A stretch of DNA of 64,000 nucleotides from an uncultured bacterium. Its GTDB lineage: Bacteria > Patescibacteriota > Minisyncoccia > Phycocordibacterales > GWA1-40-21. The first letter of the stretch is position 1. The number at the start of each line of letters is the position of its first letter. The position numbers were made by a program, and so were the translations under genes. Of this stretch, positions 18,692-29,382 are shown in pieces. The stretch spans positions 3,944 through 67,943 of the forward strand of contig CAIKXY010000007.1 in the NCBI GenBank assembly GCA_903831595.1, given 5' to 3'. Below the pieces are notes generated by a model that worked only from the letters and a program-made list of their open reading frames with translations, was not told the DNA's origin and ran no database searches.

Positions 18692-19560
18692 TAAGCGCAT
18701 ATTTTATACATCTTTTAATATTGATTGGAATATATATTATTTTAGCAATTTCGCTTCAATTGGCGGTTGGTTATGGTGGATTGTTAAATCTTGGACATAT
18801 ATCATATTTTGGTATTGGCGCTTACGTGTACACCATTTTACTTTTCCACGGCGTTAATTTTTGGATTTGTTTTTTACTTGCTGGTTTTTCTGCCGCATTT
18901 TTTGGCTGGATGTCGGCCATCGGAATTCGTAAACTAAAAGGGGATTATCTTGCTCTCGTCACTCTCGGTTTCTCTTTTGTTACTTATGCAGTGCTTATAA
19001 ACTGGACAGAATTGACTCGTGGGCCGCTTGGTATTGCAGGTATTCCACGTCCAGTACTATTTGGTTTTGGCACAAACGAAAATATGGTTTATCTTGTTTT
19101 TGTATTTGTTATTGCTGCTATTTCATACTTTTTTATAAACAAAATCGTTTCTTCTCCGTTTGGTAAGGTTGTTGAGGCTGTTCGAGACGATGAAATCTCA
19201 GCAAAATCTTTGGGTAAAAGCACATTTAAAATAAAATGTATCAATCTTGCCACTTCGGCATTTTTTGCGGGTATCGCCGGTTGTCTTTATGCTTCATATA
19301 TTACTTTTATAGATCCATCATCTTTTACTTTCTCAAACGTAATTCCTATTATACTTATAATCATAATCGGTGGGCTTGCTTCTCTTCCCGGTACGATACT
19401 TGCCACATTTTTTATTATTTTGTTGCCGGAGCCACTTCGTTTTATTGGCTTCTCTTCGTCAATTGTTGGACCAGCAAGACAAATCGTTTACGCTCTGATT
19501 TTGCTTATCGTTTTGTATTATAAACCGCGAGGTTTTTACGGTAAATTAGATTTGGAATAA
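18688..19560 (+). CDS. livM: Branched-chain amino acid ABC permease LivM
   Basis: GYGGLLNLGH..YFGIGAY, KLKGDYLALVTLGF, LTRGPLGI, SPFGK...AVRDDE. Confidence 0.93.
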   Translation: MISAYFIHLLILIGIYIILAISLQLAVGYGGLLNLGHISYFGIGAYVYTILLFHGVNFWICFLLAGFSAAFFGWMSAIGIRKLKGDYLALVTLGFSFVTYAVLINWTELTRGPLGIAGIPRPVLFGFGTNENMVYLVFVFVIAAISYFFINKIVSSPFGKVVEAVRDDEISAKSLGKSTFKIKCINLATSAFFAGIAGCLYASYITFIDPSSFTFSNVIPIILIIIIGGLASLPGTILATFFIILLPEPLRFIGFSSSIVGPARQIVYALILLIVLYYKPRGFYGKLDLE

Positions 19561-19561
19561 C

Positions 19562-20311
19562 ATGTTAAAAATTAGAAACATACAAAAACATTTTTCTGGG
19601 ATTAAAGCAGTAGATGGCTGCTCTTTTGATGTTGAAAAGGGGAAAATAACCGCGCTTATTGGACCCAACGGTTCGGGAAAAACAACAATGTTTAACCTTA
19701 TTTGCGGTAATATAAAATCTGATGGTGGCGAAATTATCTTTTCTACCCCAACTGGAGAAAGAAACATTGTTGGCATGCCGATAGAAAAAATATCAAACTA
19801 TGGTATTTCAAGACTTTTTCAACAATCAAGACTTTTTAAAAATCTTACGGTATTGGAAAATCTTTTAGTATCGGAAGACAATGAAGACCAGAAATTTTGG
19901 AAAAATATATTTGGTTTGAATAAATTTGATAAAAGCAAAATAGACAAAGCAAATAAAATTCTGGGTGATTTTGAAATAAAAGATATTGCGCATCTTACAG
20001 CAGGGGAATTGAGCTTTGGTCAAAAAAGGCTTGTTGAAATTGCCAGAAATATTCTAAATTATCACACGGTTTTGGTGCTTGATGAGCCGGTGGCTGGAGT
20101 AAACCCAAAAATTCGTGAAAAAATCGCAAAAATAATTACTCAATTAAAAAAAGATGGAGAAACAATATTACTTATCGAACATGACATGCAATTTACCCTT
20201 GGTATATCTGATAAAGTGATTGTTATGGACGCTGGTAAAATTATTACCACGGGGACTCCAGAAGAAATCAGAAATAACCCTGAAGTTTTAAGGATATATT
20301 TGGGGAAATAA
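19562..20311 (+). CDS. livG: Branched-chain amino acid ABC ATPase LivG
   Basis: GPNGSGKTT, RLFQQSRLF, LSFGQKR, LDEPVAG, IEHDM, YLG C-terminus. Confidence 0.93.
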   Translation: MLKIRNIQKHFSGIKAVDGCSFDVEKGKITALIGPNGSGKTTMFNLICGNIKSDGGEIIFSTPTGERNIVGMPIEKISNYGISRLFQQSRLFKNLTVLENLLVSEDNEDQKFWKNIFGLNKFDKSKIDKANKILGDFEIKDIAHLTAGELSFGQKRLVEIARNILNYHTVLVLDEPVAGVNPKIREKIAKIITQLKKDGETILLIEHDMQFTLGISDKVIVMDAGKIITTGTPEEIRNNPEVLRIYLGK

Positions 20312-20313
20312 TC

Positions 20314-21159
20314 ATGAATAATTTTAAATCATACGAAAGAAAATTGAGGGCTAGCTACTCTGAACTTGATGCTAAAACAGAAGATGGTTGGGCGATATTG
20401 GAATATAAGGGGAAAAAAATAAATGGCTACACTGATAAAGATTATATTTATCATTTTTTTACTAAACACATTGTAGACCTTCAGAAAAAAGATTTGGATA
20501 TTGTTGATTTGGGCGGCGGCGATGGAGTCCTATTGGACATTATTGGCAAACAGCTTGATGCAAAAGGAATAAAGGCCACTTTATTAAATATAGATAATAA
20601 TTCTAATAGTTTACTGCTTTGTAATAAAAAATTTCCACACATAAAAACAAAATTACAAAACGTATTATCGATTACTAATAGAAACCAAGCGGATGTTGTC
20701 ATAAGTCGTTTTTCTTTTCAGTATTTTAGCAAGGCAAATCAGATTAAATTAATGCGCGTAATCCATAATACACTCAAAAGTGGCGGTTTATTGATAGCGG
20801 AGTGGCCTTATGGTAATGATGAAAAAATATTTCACGAGGTTATGACAAATATTAAATCTATTATTTCTGGGGAAGAAGTAAGTGATTTAAAAAAAAGTAT
20901 TTATAATTTTTTACCAAATCATTTCAAAGATTTATTAAAAAAGTCCGGTTACGTCGGTATAAAAAAGGAACTAGGTGGAGTATTTATGCATTCTACAAAA
21001 TCGTGGAAAGACAGATTTAATATAAATGAAAATCAATCAAGGGAAATCGATTTGCTATATTTGAAATATTTTTTAAAAACAAAGAAATTATTTTTTAGAC
21101 AAAAAAACATTATATATTTAAAAAGCCATGTATGTTTTGCTCGTGCTTTTAAGAAATAA
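20314..21159 (+). CDS. Class I SAM-dependent methyltransferase
   Basis: IVDLGGGDG motif I, DVVISRFSFQY, LKSGG. Confidence 0.82.
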   Translation: MNNFKSYERKLRASYSELDAKTEDGWAILEYKGKKINGYTDKDYIYHFFTKHIVDLQKKDLDIVDLGGGDGVLLDIIGKQLDAKGIKATLLNIDNNSNSLLLCNKKFPHIKTKLQNVLSITNRNQADVVISRFSFQYFSKANQIKLMRVIHNTLKSGGLLIAEWPYGNDEKIFHEVMTNIKSIISGEEVSDLKKSIYNFLPNHFKDLLKKSGYVGIKKELGGVFMHSTKSWKDRFNINENQSREIDLLYLKYFLKTKKLFFRQKNIIYLKSHVCFARAFKK

Positions 21160-21163
21160 ACCT

Positions 21164-21904
21164 CTATTTTTCTGACGAAATGCCCCAGAGGGCTTGAAAT
21201 AGACCAAGTATCGTCTGATAGAATTCATTGCCCTCGATTACCATTCCAAAATTTGATTTAACAGTAGACATTATTGCAATTTTATTACCATAAATAAAAA
21301 CAGTTGAAGGAATATATATATCTTGCGGAGCATAGCGGATTTCTCTTAAAAAATCCTTTGTTCCCTTATAAAAATAGTCGTTTATTTCTGTTTTTCTCAT
21401 TCTAATGCTCATTCTTTTTATACTTTTTTGAATACATCTTTCAACATAATCTTTCATAAAATCGTCTCCGACTATTTCAATCATTGGCTCGGTTGAGCCA
21501 ATATATCTGACCTCTTTTTCACTAGAATTAATAATATCCTCATAAATATTTCTAATACCTTCCTGCCCATAATAAAATTTTACTAAAGATTTTGTTTTGT
21601 CTTCTTCATATAGATTGAGTAGGGAAGGAACAAACTTTTTTGCATAGTTTAATGCATTATTTGCCTGCCTTATAAAAGTTTCTGGTGACTCGGCTTTGTA
21701 AAGTTGTTTTTTACCCTGAACAATAATAGAAATTATGCCCCTTTTTGTGAGCGCATCTAAAATAATATAGCAGGTGGGTCTTTTTATCCCAGATTTTTTT
21801 GCTATATCAACAACCGTAAATGATTTGAAGGTCAAAGCCGCTAAATATAACCGTGCCTCTTTTTCTTTAAGCCCGAGTATTTCAAGTTGTTTTTCTTTGA
21901 TCAT
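21164..21904 (-). CDS. TrmB-family transcriptional regulator #2
   Basis: LGLKEKEARLYLA..VVDIAKKSGIKRPTCY; start 21904 preferred because TATAAT (21917-21912) overlaps the tracked start. Confidence 0.88.
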   Translation of the reverse strand: MIKEKQLEILGLKEKEARLYLAALTFKSFTVVDIAKKSGIKRPTCYIILDALTKRGIISIIVQGKKQLYKAESPETFIRQANNALNYAKKFVPSLLNLYEEDKTKSLVKFYYGQEGIRNIYEDIINSSEKEVRYIGSTEPMIEIVGDDFMKDYVERCIQKSIKRMSIRMRKTEINDYFYKGTKDFLREIRYAPQDIYIPSTVFIYGNKIAIMSTVKSNFGMVIEGNEFYQTILGLFQALWGISSEK

Positions 21905-22074
21905 AATTAGCATTATACACGTATTTAAAATGATGTCAATTTTATTGACAAAATATAATAATGTATATTAAGCTTATGGAATAAGGATATTTTATATTAA
22001 CTTGTTATTATATGTTGACATATATTATGATTGTCATATAATATACCCATTATTAATAATGTAATAATAAAAAC

Positions 22075-23214
22075 ATGAAAAATAAAAAAATATTAATTTG
22101 GTCTGGTATTGTAATGATTATTATAATCATAGCGTCAATATCTGTAGCAAATATCAAAAAATCGCAATCTTCTATTAAAATAGGAGCTAGTCTTGCTCTG
22201 ACTGGTAATCTTGCGTATCTAGGAAACGCAGAAATGAACGGACTCATTCTTGCAAGTGAGGAAATTAATAATGCTGGTGGAATACTAGGTAGAAAACTTG
22301 AAATTGTTACTGACAACAACCAAGGTGATGCTAAAATTGCAGTTTCAGGTATGGATAAATTGTTATCGATAGACAATTCAGATTTTATTTACACAGCATT
22401 TACTAATATTACACAAGCAATAAAAGGTCCTGTAGCACAAGCCCACAAAGTCCTTATATACGCTTCAACTGTCAGGGCAATAGCACAAGAAAATCCAAAT
22501 TTCTTTGTCGATTATTATGATGGCCAAGCCCATGGGACAGCTTTAGCACAAGCTTTCAACAAGTTTGGATACAAAAAATACAATTTGTTAGCCGAAAAAA
22601 GTGATACATGTAATGTTTTTGCAAAAGCTTTTGCAGATGAAGCTTCAACGCTAAATATTTCATTAAACAAGCAAGAAGCTTTTGATCCAACAAATAAAGA
22701 TTTTAGTACAACGTTACTTAAACTTAAAAATGGAAATTATCCGATAGTTATGTGCACTTGGAGAAGCGAAGATTTGGTAATGAAGCAGATGAAAGCACTG
22801 GGTATGATAAACACACAAACATTCCATGTAGTAGCTCCGTTTTTACCAAATGCAAACACAAAAGAAACGCTTTCTCTCTTTGCTGAAAATAAGGCAGTAA
22901 GTAGCTGGTATGGTTTCAGTATGGACCAAGCATCGATAAATCCAAAGCTAAAGGCTTTTGTAGATAGTTATAAAAAAAGATTTAATGTAGACCCAATATC
23001 AGATTCTGTATATACCTATGACGATGTTTACGCATTAAAAACTGCAATTGAATTGTGTAAAAGTACAGATACAGAATGTGTTTCAGCTAAATTAAAACAG
23101 GTTAAGATTGACGGAGTCGGGGGAGTTTTGAGCTTTAACAAAGACAAAGCTTCAGAACGTGATTCCTTAATTATTCAAAATATTGGAGGTGTTTGGAAGA
23201 AATTAAGTATATAA
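22075..23214 (+). CDS. LivJ-like ABC substrate-binding protein #2
   Basis: TM anchor, IKIGASLALTG, GGILGRKLE, DFSTTLLK, YTYDD. Confidence 0.88.
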   Translation: MKNKKILIWSGIVMIIIIIASISVANIKKSQSSIKIGASLALTGNLAYLGNAEMNGLILASEEINNAGGILGRKLEIVTDNNQGDAKIAVSGMDKLLSIDNSDFIYTAFTNITQAIKGPVAQAHKVLIYASTVRAIAQENPNFFVDYYDGQAHGTALAQAFNKFGYKKYNLLAEKSDTCNVFAKAFADEASTLNISLNKQEAFDPTNKDFSTTLLKLKNGNYPIVMCTWRSEDLVMKQMKALGMINTQTFHVVAPFLPNANTKETLSLFAENKAVSSWYGFSMDQASINPKLKAFVDSYKKRFNVDPISDSVYTYDDVYALKTAIELCKSTDTECVSAKLKQVKIDGVGGVLSFNKDKASERDSLIIQNIGGVWKKLSI

Positions 23215-23223
23215 AATACAAAT

Positions 23224-23254
23224 AAAAGCCGCGCCCGAAGGGCGCGGCTTTTTT
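23224..23254. terminator. Bidirectional terminator
   Basis: AAAAGCCGCGCCC-GAA-GGGCGCGGCTTTT. Confidence 0.9.
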
Positions 23255-24023
23255 ATTTCTTTTTATTCTTACCGTCTTTAGACAGAGACCAGAGAAACTC
23301 AAAGTTAGTTTGAAATGATTTTACCATGACTGGATTTTTCACACTAAAAACGACAGGTGATTCACCCCATATAGAAAGTAATACCTCATTTTCAGAAATA
23401 TTAATTGCACATGGTCCAAAATATCCCGATGGTAAGTAGCGGGCTATATAAATAGATGGATCCTCACGTTCTTTTTTTAGTGTATCAATTAGGCCTTTAT
23501 CCAGCAGAACTCGGCTCTTTATTTTTTTAGGAATTATAAGTTTATCTATGCCTACAAAAAATGATCTTAGCTCTTTAGATTCAGCACCTTTGGTGTAAGC
23601 CCTTGTAGAAAACCCAATAATACATATAGAATCACCATTTTTCATCCTTCCAACATGTTGATTAAATGCCATTTTAAAACCATGCTTACCTTCATAAATA
23701 TTTACATCATTTCTAGAAGGTATGGTAATAGGTGAATCCGATATTTCTTTTGATAATGTTTTTAAAACACCAATGTTTCTATTTGTTTCATCAATCAATG
23801 TATCTGGAGACTCTGCTTGATAATATTTAATATTGTTTCTTACTAAATAGGATACAAGACCTTTCGATACCAAAAATCTAAGCGACTCATACACCCGAGA
23901 GCTTACAAGTAGGGAATTGCGAATAATGGGTCCTGTCTTTGATCGCCCTATTTTAAGTAAGGTTTCATAAACATAAATATCATTCTTATTTAACCCAAAA
24001 TTTTTCAAAATTGATGTATCCAT
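23253..24023 (-). CDS. TrmB-family transcriptional regulator #3 (divergent)
   Basis: FGLNKNDIYVYETLLKIG.SKTGPII...SSRVYESL..LVSKGLVSY; IYEG.HG; F..NFEFLW. Confidence 0.85.
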   Translation of the reverse strand: MDTSILKNFGLNKNDIYVYETLLKIGRSKTGPIIRNSLLVSSRVYESLRFLVSKGLVSYLVRNNIKYYQAESPDTLIDETNRNIGVLKTLSKEISDSPITIPSRNDVNIYEGKHGFKMAFNQHVGRMKNGDSICIIGFSTRAYTKGAESKELRSFFVGIDKLIIPKKIKSRVLLDKGLIDTLKKEREDPSIYIARYLPSGYFGPCAINISENEVLLSIWGESPVVFSVKNPVMVKSFQTNFEFLWSLSKDGKNKKK

Positions 24024-24167
24024 TGGCTTGAATTACTCTCCTTTTTAGGAGGGTTTGTATTACTTTTTAATGTGATTATAATACATCTGTTATCCTTAAT
24101 TGTCAATACTGATTAAGAAATAAAGACGGCGAATTAAGGACAATAGCAGACTAACAATTATTATAAT

Positions 24168-24917
24168 ATGAAAGAAACATTAATACAATCAATTGAATAT
24201 ACAGAGAAAATCAATCCAGAATTAACAATAAACTTTGTTAAGGACATATTGGAAAAAAGCAAGAATGGTATTTATAGAGTAGGGGTAAAAATTGCAGATA
24301 GAATCATTCCTATTGATATATTTCCCAATGTATTTCCTCCAAAATCTGATTACAGTGTCAGCTCACGTTCTGTTTTTGAAGCATTTGGTGATCTAAAGGG
24401 TATGGAAGTTGCTGATATTGGTTCGGGAAGCGGAATTGAATCTATTGTTGCTGTATTAGCGGGTGCTAAGCACGTTGATGCATCAGATATAAGTGAAAAT
24501 GCAGTTTTGTGTTCAAAAAATAATATTAAATTAAATAATTTAAGCGACAAGGTAGAAGTTTATAAGGGAGACATGTTTTCTTCATTACCAAATAAAAAAT
24601 ATGACTTAATTATTGCCAATCTTCCTATCGTTGATTATAAGCCAGCACAAGAATCAGATGTTACAGGTGCTCTATATGATGCCGGTTTAATTTTACACAA
24701 AAGACTATTTACTGAAGCAAAAGGGTATATAAAAGAAAACGGAATTGTCACATTTTCTCACTGCAATCTTCAAAGTAAGAATACAGAAAATCCAGATAAG
24801 GATTTTGAAGTATTAGAAGCTTTGATTAAAGAGAATGGTTTGGAGGTTGTCGGAAGACAAGTATCAGAAGCTCTCGGCTATAAATGGATAAATTATAAAA
24901 TTAAATATTTAAGTTAA
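24168..24917 (+). CDS. SAM-dependent methyltransferase, HemK/PrmC-like fold
   Basis: VFPP, ADIGSGSG, ASDIS, GDMF, YDLIIANLP. Confidence 0.85.
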   Translation: MKETLIQSIEYTEKINPELTINFVKDILEKSKNGIYRVGVKIADRIIPIDIFPNVFPPKSDYSVSSRSVFEAFGDLKGMEVADIGSGSGIESIVAVLAGAKHVDASDISENAVLCSKNNIKLNNLSDKVEVYKGDMFSSLPNKKYDLIIANLPIVDYKPAQESDVTGALYDAGLILHKRLFTEAKGYIKENGIVTFSHCNLQSKNTENPDKDFEVLEALIKENGLEVVGRQVSEALGYKWINYKIKYLS

Positions 24918-24951
24918 GAGTATAAGGAAAGAATAAATTAATAATAAAAAT

Positions 24952-26079
24952 ATGAAAAATAATATAATTAAATTAACAGTTGGTTTGATCTGTGTTATGG
25001 TCATTGTTTATGTAAGTAATATTGGAATTAAATTTATTGGAGGTTTTGCATCTGTTGCATCATCAAATGAGTCAATTAAAATAGGCGCAGTTTTTCATTT
25101 GACTGGTGCCGGATCGTTTTGGGGTATTGGTGAAAAAAATGGTTCACAGATGGCAATAGATGAAGCAAATATGGGAGGGGGAATAAATGGTAAAAAAATA
25201 TCATTAATTGTAGAAGATGGTGCAACTGATTTTATAAAAACAGCCAATTCTCTTCAAAAGCTTATTAATGTGGATGGAGTTGAGGTTATCATTGGACCAA
25301 CATGGTTTGGTCAGGCAGCAAGCCCAATTGCCAAGGAGTTTAAGAAACTAATAGTTTCTCCGTCTGCGGGGGTAGTACCAGAGCCAAATAAGTATTTTTT
25401 TGATGTTTGGCCAACTGAAAGACAAGAAGTATCACCCATAGCAAAATATATGAAAGAAAAAGGTATTAAAAATGTTGCTATTATTTATAGCCAAAATGAT
25501 TTTTCTCAATCTGTTAGAAATAACTTTATTGAACAAGCAAAAATACTTGGCATAAATGTCGTAAAAGAATTTTCAGTTAATCCAAACGAAAGTGATTTTA
25601 AAACTATCATTTTACAAATGAAAAATTTAAAACTTGATGCCGTTTATGGTACGTTTGCATTTTATCCAAGCCAAGGCACGTTTAGCAAACAAGCAAAAGA
25701 ATTGGGATTAAATTTAATACTCTATTCAAGCTCGGGTACAGAGATTCCAGATCTAGTGAAATCTTATCCGGAAGTAGATGGAACTATTTATGGTTATATT
25801 GCCATGGGTCCGAAGGAAGCTGATTTTTACGCTAAATATCTGGCAAAATTCAATTCATTTCCATCACCATCAGCATCTTATGCATATGATGCAACAAATC
25901 TCATTATTCAGGCCATAAAAGCTGGTAATCAGACCCCAGATGAAATATCATCTTATCTTAAAGGTATCAAATACAGCGGTGTTGCTAATGACATTTCATT
26001 TGATAGTAATGGAAGAATTGCGAACAAGACTTTCATTATTAAGACAGTTAAGAATGGCCAATTTGTTGAAATAAAATAA
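24952..26079 (+). CDS. LivJ-like ABC substrate-binding protein #3
   Basis: IKIGAVFHLTG, GGINGKKI..IVED, DFKTII, YAYDA. Confidence 0.9.
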   Translation: MKNNIIKLTVGLICVMVIVYVSNIGIKFIGGFASVASSNESIKIGAVFHLTGAGSFWGIGEKNGSQMAIDEANMGGGINGKKISLIVEDGATDFIKTANSLQKLINVDGVEVIIGPTWFGQAASPIAKEFKKLIVSPSAGVVPEPNKYFFDVWPTERQEVSPIAKYMKEKGIKNVAIIYSQNDFSQSVRNNFIEQAKILGINVVKEFSVNPNESDFKTIILQMKNLKLDAVYGTFAFYPSQGTFSKQAKELGLNLILYSSSGTEIPDLVKSYPEVDGTIYGYIAMGPKEADFYAKYLAKFNSFPSPSASYAYDATNLIIQAIKAGNQTPDEISSYLKGIKYSGVANDISFDSNGRIANKTFIIKTVKNGQFVEIK

Positions 26080-26116
26080 TAAAAAATGCGCCCTTCGGGC
26101 GCATTTTTTATTATTT
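26074..26116. terminator. Bidirectional terminator
   Basis: AATAATAAAAAATGCGCCC-TTC-GGGCGCATTTTTTATTATT. Confidence 0.9.
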
Positions 26117-26160
26117 GATATTTAGCATCTACGCTATGGCGTAGATGAAGCATTTTGATT

Positions 26161-26964
26161 TTACTCTTTTACCAAGGTTGAATGCCAGGAAAGCTCAAAA
26201 ATAACCCTCATCATTTTATTAATTGCCTTGTCTTCTATCACGACACCCAACATTTTCTTTTCACCATAGTTTACTATAGCAACTTTAGAATCATCATACA
26301 TAATAATTTCTCCATTAAAATCAAATTTTTCCGGAGTAATATATTTAATTTTTGGATAAAATTTTTCTGGAGTATTTTTCGGATAAATTTCAATATGATC
26401 TCTATTTTTTTGAGTATCTGGCACAATTGTGTGAGTTGTTATTCCTGCTTTTATTTTTTTTAGCATATATTCTGCAACAAATTTTTCAGGGAAATCAAAT
26501 ACAAGGTCATTGGCCTTGGAATATATAAGCATTTCATAAGGTTTTTTTACATTTACCATATCTTCAAATACAGACATTAAACCTTCAGTCCCTTCGTAAT
26601 ATGTCACTTTCGAATTATTCTTGAATGCGTTAAATAAACTACTGATTTCTGGAACAAGTGCTTTAGTGTCTTCAACTGCACTTAAAGCCTTCTCTGCTTT
26701 ACTTTGAGAATATTTTATAATTTTTTCTGGTTTTTCAATTTGATAGAAAAGTCTGTTTTTTTTATCTATTTCGTTAACAAGACCACGGATAGCTAGCGTT
26801 GCAAGAATATTATAAACAGTAGCTCTTTTTAATCCACAGTATTTAGCTACTGCAGAAGGGAAGGCACCATTTAATTCTAGTAAAGAAACATATACTAAAG
26901 CTTCCTTATCAGTGAAGCCTGTTTTCTCTAGTTTTTTAACCAATACACTGTCTTTTATTTGCAT
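26161..26964 (-). CDS. TrmB-family transcriptional regulator #4
   Basis: LEKTGFTDKEALVYVSLLEL.GAFPS..A.YCGLKRATVY; KVTYYEG; FELSW. Confidence 0.9.
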   Translation of the reverse strand: MQIKDSVLVKKLEKTGFTDKEALVYVSLLELNGAFPSAVAKYCGLKRATVYNILATLAIRGLVNEIDKKNRLFYQIEKPEKIIKYSQSKAEKALSAVEDTKALVPEISSLFNAFKNNSKVTYYEGTEGLMSVFEDMVNVKKPYEMLIYSKANDLVFDFPEKFVAEYMLKKIKAGITTHTIVPDTQKNRDHIEIYPKNTPEKFYPKIKYITPEKFDFNGEIIMYDDSKVAIVNYGEKKMLGVVIEDKAINKMMRVIFELSWHSTLVKE

Positions 26965-27179
26965 AAGCTAAGTATAGCAAATACACAATAGTTGTCAAGT
27001 AAAACCGACACTAAAATATAAATTTAAATATAAGCTTATAAATAAGGCTATTTTTTCGTATATATGTCGTTATAAAAACACAAGTAGTGGCCTATCATAT
27101 ATAATTACAACAGAAATTTATTAGTTAGTCTAGTCAATTAACCAATAAGTTTCTTTTATTATAAATATTTTATAAATTT

Positions 27180-28283
27180 ATGAATAACATTAAGAGAAAT
27201 TGGTTAGTCGTGGCAGTCGTCTTGTTTTTAGCTGTTACTGTCATCAGTGTTCAGTCAAAGAGTTTTTTTGCTTCTGTACATACTGCAAATCAACAAAATT
27301 CAACAAAAATTATAAAGATTGGTGTCATTACTCCGCTCACTGGTGAAGCTGCAGCGTGGGGAACATGGGTGCAAAAAAGCATGGATTTAGCTTATGCAGA
27401 AATTAATAATCCAAATATTAAGCTTATTTACGAAGATGATAAATGTGATCCAAAAACTGGTGTAGATGCATATATTAAATTAACAACTGTAGACCACGTA
27501 GACATGATAACTGGTCAGGTTTGTTCATCTGTTACTTTAGCCATAGAACCACTCGCAAAAAGAGATAATATACCACTACTTACTACTGGTGCATCCGCTA
27601 CGTCTTTAAGGGGTGCGGGAGATCAATTATTTAATCTTTATTTTTTGAATGATGTCGCATCAATTTATATCGCCAATTACTTAACAAGTATTGGTATCAA
27701 AAAAGCAGCAATCTTGTATGTGAACAATGACTTCGGTGCAACATTACGTGATGGTTTCAAAACACAATTTGAAAATAATGGCGGCACTGTTACCGACATT
27801 GAATCTGTTGATCAAAAATCACAAGATAACAGAACACAGCTAGCAAAAATCAAACAGTCTGGACCAGAATATGTATTTTTGGCCACTTATTATGATAATG
27901 CTGCCTATGCCATGAAACAGAACAAAGAATTGGGTTACGGTTTAAAAACTATTGGGACTATCGATACTTATAATGATAAAAGTATGTCAATTGCTGGCGA
28001 CGGTGTTATCGGACACAAATATACTCGTGCAAAGGCAAATGATTCGAAAGTTAGCGCTGACTTTCTAAAGAATTATCAAGCAAAATATGGTGAAAAGGTT
28101 GATGCTCCAGGACCTACAGCTTATGATGCAATGTACCTAATAAATGATGCAATAAAGAGTGGTAAATCAATCCGTGATTATCTACTTTCTGTAAGAAATT
28201 ATAATGGTGCTTCTGGTAAGCTCAGCATTGATGAAAACGGCGACGTTTCTATAGAACAAGAAGTTATAACGGTAACAAAATAA
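27180..28283 (+). CDS. LivJ-like ABC substrate-binding protein #4
   Basis: IKIGVITPLTG, EDDKCDP, GQVCSS, AYDA. Confidence 0.9.
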   Translation: MNNIKRNWLVVAVVLFLAVTVISVQSKSFFASVHTANQQNSTKIIKIGVITPLTGEAAAWGTWVQKSMDLAYAEINNPNIKLIYEDDKCDPKTGVDAYIKLTTVDHVDMITGQVCSSVTLAIEPLAKRDNIPLLTTGASATSLRGAGDQLFNLYFLNDVASIYIANYLTSIGIKKAAILYVNNDFGATLRDGFKTQFENNGGTVTDIESVDQKSQDNRTQLAKIKQSGPEYVFLATYYDNAAYAMKQNKELGYGLKTIGTIDTYNDKSMSIAGDGVIGHKYTRAKANDSKVSADFLKNYQAKYGEKVDAPGPTAYDAMYLINDAIKSGKSIRDYLLSVRNYNGASGKLSIDENGDVSIEQEVITVTK

Positions 28284-28286
28284 GTT

Positions 28287-28320
28287 AAAACAAAAAGCCC
28301 CGAAAGGGGCTTTTTGTTTT
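28287..28320. terminator. Bidirectional terminator
   Basis: AAAACAAAAAGCCCC-GAAA-GGGGCTTTTTGTTTT. Confidence 0.9.
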
Positions 28321-29122
28321 ATTCTTTTGCAGACCTAGAGTCCCAAGCGAGCTCGAATGCGGTTCTCATCATCTGGTTAATATTTTTATCTTCAATAATG
28401 ACACCAATTAGTCTGTTCTCATTGAAGTTCATAATAGCAATTTTCGATTCTCCATATACTGTTATTTCACCATTAAAACCAAATTTTGCGGGGTCAATAT
28501 ATCTTGCTTTTGGACAGAATTTTTTATCCACGTTTTTTAAATACACATTAAAGTATTTTTTATTTTCTGGTGTATCTGGAACAAGTGCTCGTGATGTCAC
28601 ACCAAGTTTGGCCTTACTTTTGACATATTTTTCCAAAACTTTTTCAGGGATCATTTTAGTAATATCACCAGTTTTCGAAAAACCAACCATTTCATAAGGT
28701 TTTTTCTCGTTCATTTTATCTTCATACATCGATATCCAGCCATCAAGTCCCTCGTAGTAGGTGACTTTCGAGTTGTATTTAAGTAGACCAAACAAACCAC
28801 TGATTTCAGGAATCAATGCTCTTGTTTTATCTATAGATTCCTCAATTTTGGCGGCCTGATTTTGGAAAAAACCAAGAATTTTTTCTGGTTTTTCTATCTG
28901 GTAAAAAAGTTTATTTCTTTTTTCTATTTCATTTATAAAACCACGAATAGACAAAGTTGTTAGCACATCATAAGTTGTAGCTCTTTTTAAACCACAGTAC
29001 TGGGCGATTTTAGAAGGGTATGCACCCCCTAACTCTAAAAGGGAAACATATACAAGAGCTTCTCTTTCCGTAAACCCAGTTTTTTCCATTTTCTTCACCA
29101 AAGCTTCATTTTTAATATTCAT
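28319..29122 (-). CDS. TrmB-family transcriptional regulator #5
   Basis: Close paralog of #4 and #6; ATG 29122 (MNIKNEALVKK) lies 6 nt after TATAAT; the tracked TTG start lies inside the operator. Confidence 0.9.
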   Translation of the reverse strand: MNIKNEALVKKMEKTGFTEREALVYVSLLELGGAYPSKIAQYCGLKRATTYDVLTTLSIRGFINEIEKRNKLFYQIEKPEKILGFFQNQAAKIEESIDKTRALIPEISGLFGLLKYNSKVTYYEGLDGWISMYEDKMNEKKPYEMVGFSKTGDITKMIPEKVLEKYVKSKAKLGVTSRALVPDTPENKKYFNVYLKNVDKKFCPKARYIDPAKFGFNGEITVYGESKIAIMNFNENRLIGVIIEDKNINQMMRTAFELAWDSRSAKE

Positions 29123-29382
29123 ATTTCTATTATACACTTTTTCTTCAAATTTGTCGAATATATCCGACAAAATATATCCAATTTTATTTTATCCTTATAA
29201 TACAAGGCAAATATCAAATATTTGTCGCAATAAAAACTCAAAACATTATAATACTTGTATAATCACAACAGATTTTTATTAGTTAGTCTACCCGTTTGTA
29301 AAAACAGGTAGGGTTTGTTGATTAGTTGGATTTTAAGATATGTTAATATAGTATTAATTATTAGTTTAAAATTATAAAAATT

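Noticed and set aside
26126-26147. Extra hairpin CATCTACGC-TATG-GCGTAGATG as a REP element
   Set aside because: Single copy, unrelated to the RAYT-associated palindrome; may be a second terminator or stabiliser for trmB4
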